DNA from: Entomortierella parvispora E1425
Taxonomy: Eukaryota; Fungi; Mortierellomycota
Direction: 5' to 3'
Length of the DNA: 64,000 nucleotides
Assembly (NCBI GenBank): GCA_020891255.1
Contig: BQFW01000008.1
Location: 1,302,001 to 1,366,000, forward strand
Shown: positions 61,007-64,000 of the stretch, one piece after another
Layout: the number at the start of each line of letters is the position of its first letter
How positions within the stretch are numbered: the first letter of the stretch is position 1
The notes under the pieces: model-generated
Databases searched by the model: none
Told to the model about the DNA's origin: nothing
The model's input: the letters and a program-made list of their open reading frames with translations, nothing else
Translations under genes and position numbers: made by a program

Positions 61007-62473
61007 CTAATAACGACGATCACCACGCCTCGAATCCCGATCACGGTCATAGTCTCGTCGTCCACCGCGATCACGGCTCCTATCCCGGCCGCCTCGACCG
61101 CCATCGCGGTCTCGGTCGCGGCGATCGTCGCGTCTGTAGGGTTGATCGCGGTAGGTCCTTGAATCTCTGTATCCACCACGGTCGCGGTCGCCTCTGCTAT
61201 CATAGTAGTGATCTCTTTGAGGACCGGGCCCGCCATGGTCATCTCTATAGCGTCCCGAGGAGGAGGAAGAAGATCGATTGCCTCGATCGCCACGCTGTTT
61301 CTTCATCTCTTCAAAGGTTTCATGAATCTTTTGGTAACCGGTATGTTGCTTGCCTTGCAAATGAGCATCCAGACGGTTCGAGGTATCGTTCATGACCAAG
61401 AAGGCGCCGCAGACATGACAGACTTCCATCTTGTTCTCTTGACGAAAGATGGGGTTCACGTCATCGTTCTTCTTGAGGTGGTCCAAGTCGGCCTGCATCT
61501 TTTCGACCTGTTCTGTCAACGTCTGGGCCTCTTCCACACGGCCTTCCTCTCCTGCCTCTTCCACCTTGGCCAATGTGTCCTTGATCTTTTGTTCCAGCAT
61601 GACCATCTTTTCCTCTTTTTCATCCTTGCGAGGGTTCAAAAGCTAGTGAGGCGGGTTGTTTTAAAAATAAGAAAAAGGTTATTCTCGAGATCCCTTTTTG
61701 TACTCTTGGAGCGACGTTGGCTGAAACCCCTGCTTATCTTCCTTTTTTTAGCGTTCTTTTTTTCATTCGCAGTAGTCATTTCTTCGAGAAAAACGGGGGG
61801 GGGGGGATTGCCGGGGACAACAAGTAGTTTTTTTTTTTTTGATTGTTCTGACAACTTACCGTTTCATCGACCTCCTTATCCTTGCGTTCTTTTCCGCGAC
61901 GAATTTTTCGCTGAAGATCGTTGGTCAGATAAGTCAAATAATCGAAAAACTCGTCCTCATACCGGTAAGAGTCCTTGTCGGGTGCCTTTTGGTATCTAGG
62001 AAGGATCAAAAAATAATAATTCATAAAAAGAAAACAAAGAAAAAGGTGGTGGTGAACGTCAGAAACATATCGAGGAAAAGCACAGATTTTTTGCAATGGT
62101 GGCCTTTCAGGTTGGTGGCGCAGGTCAAATATTTTTACAGAATGATTTTCTTTTTTTCTTACTCTTCGCGCAATTTCTCGTCATGGACGAGATCACAGTT
62201 GCCCAGGTCCGACTTTGTGTTGGTGAACAGGCTGTTGGGACAAAACTTGACAAGGAAGTGCTTGCAGACCTGGGTGGTGACAAAAAAAAATAATGGAGGG
62301 AGAGAAATGTTAGAGAAAAGCGCCCTCAGGATTGCAACACCGACCATTACTGGGAGCGGACGCATGGGAGAGTCATGGAACGACTGCGGTACCTCCTTGT
62401 CCCAAAACTTGTGCTTGCTTGGCTCAAAGGCGGCAAAGAGCTCACTGACAGCGGATCGTGCGTAGTTAGACAT
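61007..62473 (-). CDS. LUC7L3: LUC7-family U1 snRNP-associated splicing factor, LUC7L3/CROP-like
   Basis: ZnF1 VCKHFLVKFCPNSLFTNTKSDLGNCDLVHD, ZnF2 MEVCHVCGAFL...HLQGKQHTGY and RD/RS-rich tail; multi-exon. Confidence 0.85.
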
Positions 62474-62623
62474 GGTCGAAATCCGGTTCCTGTTTGTGTT
62501 TCCAGTGCAGAGTGATGAAATGCAGCAAGGCGGCAGATGCAAAAAATACCCCTTCAAAAAACCCGCACAAGACACGTCACGACCCTTAATTGATTTTTAT
62601 TGGGGACATTTTTATCCTAAAAT

Positions 62624-64000
62624 TCATCGCCTCACGTACAGCTGCTCAAACTCGGCATCCAAGGTGTTGTCTCCCTGCAACTGATAGCCGGTGCCGCCAA
62701 TGGCCGCTCCACATTCTGGGCAGGTCGAGGCTTGGTTGGCGAGGCCACAGTTGGCAATCACGTACTAATGGGCAACAACGACGTTAGAAGATATGAAAAA
62801 TGTTTAGTAGGGTTGTTTTCTTGGCCTGTACTCGTATGCCCTCCCTTTTTTTTTCTCTCTCTTTGTAAGTAAAAGGACCTACCGTGTGCCCATTGGGGCA
62901 TTGATACCAGTGGCCGGCGCCTTGCATCGTCGCTGACATGGCCATATAAATGCTCAACTTTTCTTCTGGCGACAGTGGCGCAATTATTCCCCTGGCTGCC
63001 TTCAACGCTCGCTCCATCCTCTGTTGGTAACCCTTGGCTCTTTCCAGACTCTCTTTCATGATCCCCTGGACTTGTGGTAGGTGCTCCTTTTCGAGCTCCT
63101 CATAAAGATCCAAGAATCGATATTCCAGCTCTGCGACTGTACTCTGGCGTTTGTCTCTGGCTGCTTTGGCCTTTTCTGGGTCCAGATCCAAAACAACACT
63201 TCGTTGACCGATCAACACCACGGATTCGACACAGAGGCTCATCTGGTTCAGATGGCCGTAGACAACCTTGCGCCAGTATTTGCCTCGAATAGCAGCCTCC
63301 TTGTGCTTCCCTGCGATGGCATTCGCACACCGGATCACGTCCTCCAAGAACCAATACCAACCAGAGTCAGCCCCAACTCTCTCCATAGCTTTGTCCGCTT
63401 GGTTCATGACCACAAAGAGAGCGTTCGTCATAGACTCCAACGAATCCACCAAAGTGGGACCTGGATGACCATCTGCGGGTAATCCACACTCGCGAATACA
63501 CTCTTCAATGACTTCCTCCATCAACTCCTCGTTCTCTACCTCGAGTCCTTCATGGGCGCCATCTTGTTCCATTGGATCCAGGGTCAGAGTTGTCCTCGAG
63601 CGATAGAGATGAGAGACAGCACTTTCGAAAAGAACTCTTGTCGGAGCTGCAAAAGCCGCGCGATGGATCCTCAGGGTCTTGGCGAAGGGTTCCCAGATGA
63701 ACTTGCAAAGACTCTGCCATGCAGCTTGATGTTCCTTTGGAATCCCATAGCCCCTGTGGATTAAGCAAAAGCTGACGTTCGGCGTCGGCTCTGCTTCTGA
63801 AGTGAATCGACCGAGTCTCCTGTTGGCCGGCGCAGGTGCTTTCAGGACTGGAGTGGGTACGACTTTGCTCAAGGCAGTAAGGAAAGTGGCAGATTGACTC
63901 TCAACCGCTGCACGAGCCACGTCCATTTCTGTTTGAGCTTCAGTCATGGCATTTTGCTGCAGAGCCAGGTATTTTTTGATGCGATCTGACAGGTGTGCGT
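62624..64000 (-). CDS. 3' end of a ZNFX1-like (NFX1-type zinc finger helicase) gene with a C-terminal RZ-type zinc finger; truncated by the window edge
   Basis: The frame is open to the window end. Spliced C-terminus HWYQCPNGHT|YVIANCGLANQASTCPECGAAIGGTGYQL; stop at 62624. Confidence 0.8.

Overview
Gene-dense, intron-rich fungal genomic DNA. Intron style and gene set suggest Mucoromycota, probably Mortierellaceae (inference). It holds about 18 protein-coding genes: GBF1/Gea ARF-GEF, class III ADH, primase large subunit, Atg15, RPL9, F-box/LRR, Wapl, A1 aspartic protease, SREK1IP1-like, Mds3/Ral2-like Kelch-BTB, P4-ATPase, a D-Ala-D-Ala-ligase-like ATP-grasp enzyme, a TLC protein, proline dehydrogenase, Snt1/NCoR-like, LUC7L3-like, the 3' end of a ZNFX1-like gene and two orphans. 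The main non-genic structure is a 2.4-kb foldback element (7554-9969) between GBF1 and the ADH. It has 666-bp inverted arms (663/666 identical), ends that reconstruct a perfect 22-bp palindrome centred on TTAA, and a non-coding core with a 63-bp-period repeat array and hairpins. Other leads: an intron-containing Ddl-like ligase of unknown substrate, a hidden spliced 49-codon ORF, an apparently leaderless pepsin, paired EF-hands in proline dehydrogenase, and a His-to-Tyr change in the ZNFX1 RZ finger. All exon boundaries and family calls were made by eye without database searches.
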